Assembly (NCBI GenBank): GCA_035084275.1
Contig: JAYJKW010000399.1
Location: 1,612,001-1,676,000 of the forward strand
Direction of reading: 5' to 3'
Length of the DNA: 64,000 bases
DNA from: Hydrolagus colliei
Taxonomy: Eukaryota
Shown: piece by piece, positions 61,056 through 64,000 of the stretch
Position numbering within the stretch: position 1 is the first letter of the stretch
Layout of the letters: each line of letters starts with the position of its first letter
Made by a program: the position numbers and the translations under genes
Notes under the pieces: model-generated
Databases searched by the model: none
What the model was told of the DNA's origin: nothing
What the model saw: only the letters and a program-made list of their open reading frames with translations

Positions 61056-64000
61056 ATTTACAAACTTTTTTTCAAGAACATGGAGAGTCCATGAGATTGC
61101 GCCCAGATACGCACCCATTATCAGTGACAAAATAATGTCAATTGTATTCCACCAACAGTGCTGAACACAAAGAGATTTTAATCGATTGTTGGTTGTGGAC
61201 GCTGGCAACGGAAATATTAACAGCAGACTGATACATTAAGTTAAAAAATGTAACAAGAATAAACAATAAAGAATGTGATATATAAAATATCACATTTGAT
61301 ATATAATATAAAATAAAAATATAATGTGAGTTTTTCGCTGTTCACTAACTGACCAATTCAATGATAAACCACTGACATAAAACATGATGACATGGAAAAT
61401 ATTTCAGCCGTATCGGAAAAAGTATAGAAACTACCAAGATTAATCTCGCACTTACTGGCGTTGCTGGAGAAAGCCACACGTAGCACATTCACAGGAAACA
61501 GAGCACAGAAATAGACAATGTGGTACAAGCTTTGCTTTCACAAGCACAGACACAGCACACTGTATATTTGTGGGTAATATGCGGCAGCTAGTTGCGCACA
61601 TCAATGTCTCCTACCAACAGACTTGGATTGAAATCATCAATTTTTATTACTTTATTTGTGTTGGAGCGATTATTATTATTAGGTTTGTGGAGTAAGGAAA
61701 CTTGCGCAAGGTTTCACTCTGATTTGCCTCAAATCGCATCACAGGTCTCAAGCTTGTAAAGCAACTGCTCTAACAACTGAGCTACAGGATATCACTCAAA
61801 TGTTCAACCGCAGCAATTGGTGGACGCAACTGTAGCTTCCATATTGAGGCACACACTAAGAGAGGCACAGAACAAACAATGATAATTATAAAAGTGATAT
61901 CAGACGGCTATCCTAAACGGCGAACCCGAGAGGAAACTGCACGGTAAAATCCTGAGAACGTGACTCCAAAGAAATCTCTTGGAGCTGTATTAAAATTTAA
62001 GTAGCATTGAAAAAGTAAATACAAAATAATATTTTAGGTCGAACTCAAAGACAACAACAAACTCAGGGTTGATGGCAAGATGTTTACCTTTACTAAGAAG
62101 TGAGTGAACAATCTGAACTGTTTACCAAATATAGTAATTGAGGCAAGGAATATTGGGTGCTTTTAAATAAAAAGTTGTTGATATGCTGTGGAAATGGCAG
62201 TATTGAAAACAGCATGATTATGCCTGAGAGACTTCTCAAAGCACTTCAAGATAATAATAATCCTTGTATTTCATAGAGCGCTTTTCACTTCTCAATTTCC
62301 AGACTTCTCAATATTCTCTAAAATCCACGGACTGCATCATTTGTTGGACAAATTTGACACATGATCGAACAATTCAATAAAAAAGCAGCCTGCTGCTGAA
62401 TGCTAGGCCAACATATCCCATTATCTGGGAGTCAAATGCAGGCGCTCAAGGTTTCTAGGTAAATTATCAAACTATTACTCCACAGGCCTGCATGTTGGCA
62501 TGCTAACAGAATCATAGAATCGTAGAAACTTACGGTACAAATGCAGGACATTCAGCCCATCTAGTTTGTGCCAGAACTTTGAAAAGAGCAATTCAATCCC
62601 ACTCCCCAGCTCTCTCCCCATAACCACGCAAACCCATCCTCCGCAAGCAGAAGAACAGTTTCGCTCAAACACTTTTGTGAAAACTGAACGGTTCATATGC
62701 TGCCTTCCAGTTCATTCTCCATCTGATACGTCTCAAACACGTGATAGGATGATATTTCAAACTCATGGATTATTACTATTATCCTTAATATTAAAACAGT
62801 TTGATGATTCAAGCAGGGTTTGTAGGACACTGCTGTGCGCAATTGTTGCTGCACGTTGCATACATATATACAGCCAATTCACTTTACAGTATATTGTCTG
62901 AAGCGCTTTGAGAAGTTTCGAAGACGTCAAGGATGCAAGTATTATTTTCATTATTTTGCACTTTGTTGATTATTAAGACGTTCATGCAGTTTGAACTGAG
63001 CTGGTAAGGATACATGGGTCAATATCTTTCTAGCTACTAAAACGCTCAATGGGACTTTCATCATTTGTCATTAGCATGGCAGAAACGCGCAAAATGGATT
63101 TCAGTATATAATCTCACCCTAGATGCAAAAATAGGTAGTGAGGGCTTGGGACCGGGTGGTGGGAACGGAGGGATGATGTCTGTGCGAAACAGTTCAACTG
63201 TGCATGTAAGACTGGAAGAGAGAGCGAGAGACAGAGATTGAGATAGAGAGGAGGAATGGTGCACAGAGAGAGACTCTATGAGTTTGTGTGTGTGTTGATG
63301 TGCGTGTGTCTGTGCGCATTAGATAGAAACAATTTGTGGGGGTTGGGGGCGGGGAGAGATAGAGGAACACATGGGGGAAGAGAGACGCACAGAAAGTTGA
63401 AAAAAATATGACTGAGGGTGTTGTCTGCTGTTGGGCAGCATGCATGTCGTCTTTAGATTACCTGATGTGAGTAGGGAAATAAACACAAACCCACCGACAG
63501 AGAAACCATACAGATGCGTTGGCACAGCTCAAATATTTTAGGTTACCTCGCTTTCCTCTCACAGTTTCACACTGTTTGTCTACTGTTAGTTTTTTCTCTT
63601 TGTATTACTTTCCAACAAATCAACGTGAAACTGGGGAAGTGAGTGACTGCATGATCAGGTCAAAATGAGGGGTATGAGTAGATGTAGAGTTTAGGGTATG
63701 GATGTTTGAGGGTAAGCTCTGTACAAGGTAGAGGTCGTGTACTAGTGAGAGTGAGTTTCACAAAGTTGGGATATTATAATAATCCTTTCATTAGATGATG
63801 CTCCTTATTATGCTTACAGACGCCTCAAAGCGTTTTGCATGACAAACCACTACATCTGGTGACAGTATGTGCGTGTACTTATTACTGATTAACAGAGACG
63901 TGCGCGTGGAGTAAGAAAATTTGCCACACGTTTCATTCTCCCCATCGATGAATGCCTGGGCCAATAGATTTCGAAGTGAATCGTCTAAACTCTACAGTAA

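Noticed and set aside
60000-64000. A fourth V cassette, or D/J/C segments
   Set aside because: No leader, V motif, 12-RSS or FGxG J motif found; the region is SINE, CR1 and simple-repeat sequence plus the unexplained module at 63.4 kb.

Overview
Eukaryotic (vertebrate) immune-gene region. The repeat landscape (CR1 LINEs, L2 fragments, a tRNA-headed SINE with an L2-type 3' tail) points to a cartilaginous fish; this is inference, not a database result. Bases 1-43 kb hold two tandem paralogous, plus-strand inhibitory receptor genes, which I assembled exon by exon from splice sites and reading phases. Gene A (5' end outside the window) has at least 4 LILR/LRC-like C2-type Ig exons, a TM exon and 3 ITIM-like motifs; two Ig exons come from a young ~2.03-kb tandem duplication, and the Ig4 splice donor is broken. 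Gene B (31262-41977, 10 exons, 446 aa, all introns GT-AG) encodes signal peptide-SRCR-Ig-Ig-TM-3xITIM, a scavenger-receptor/Ig hybrid inhibitory receptor. About 3.1 kb after its stop codon, an array of 7 T-cell receptor alpha/delta-type V segments begins (45-60 kb, plus strand, 23-bp-spacer RSS where preserved). The array is a two-V cassette repeated three times plus one unrelated V pseudogene. Only one V is clearly intact; one is an open frame with Trp41 replaced by Cys, and five are pseudogenes. The rest is CR1, L2 and SINE fragments, simple repeats, an AGCT-dense G-rich intronic tract and one assembly gap.
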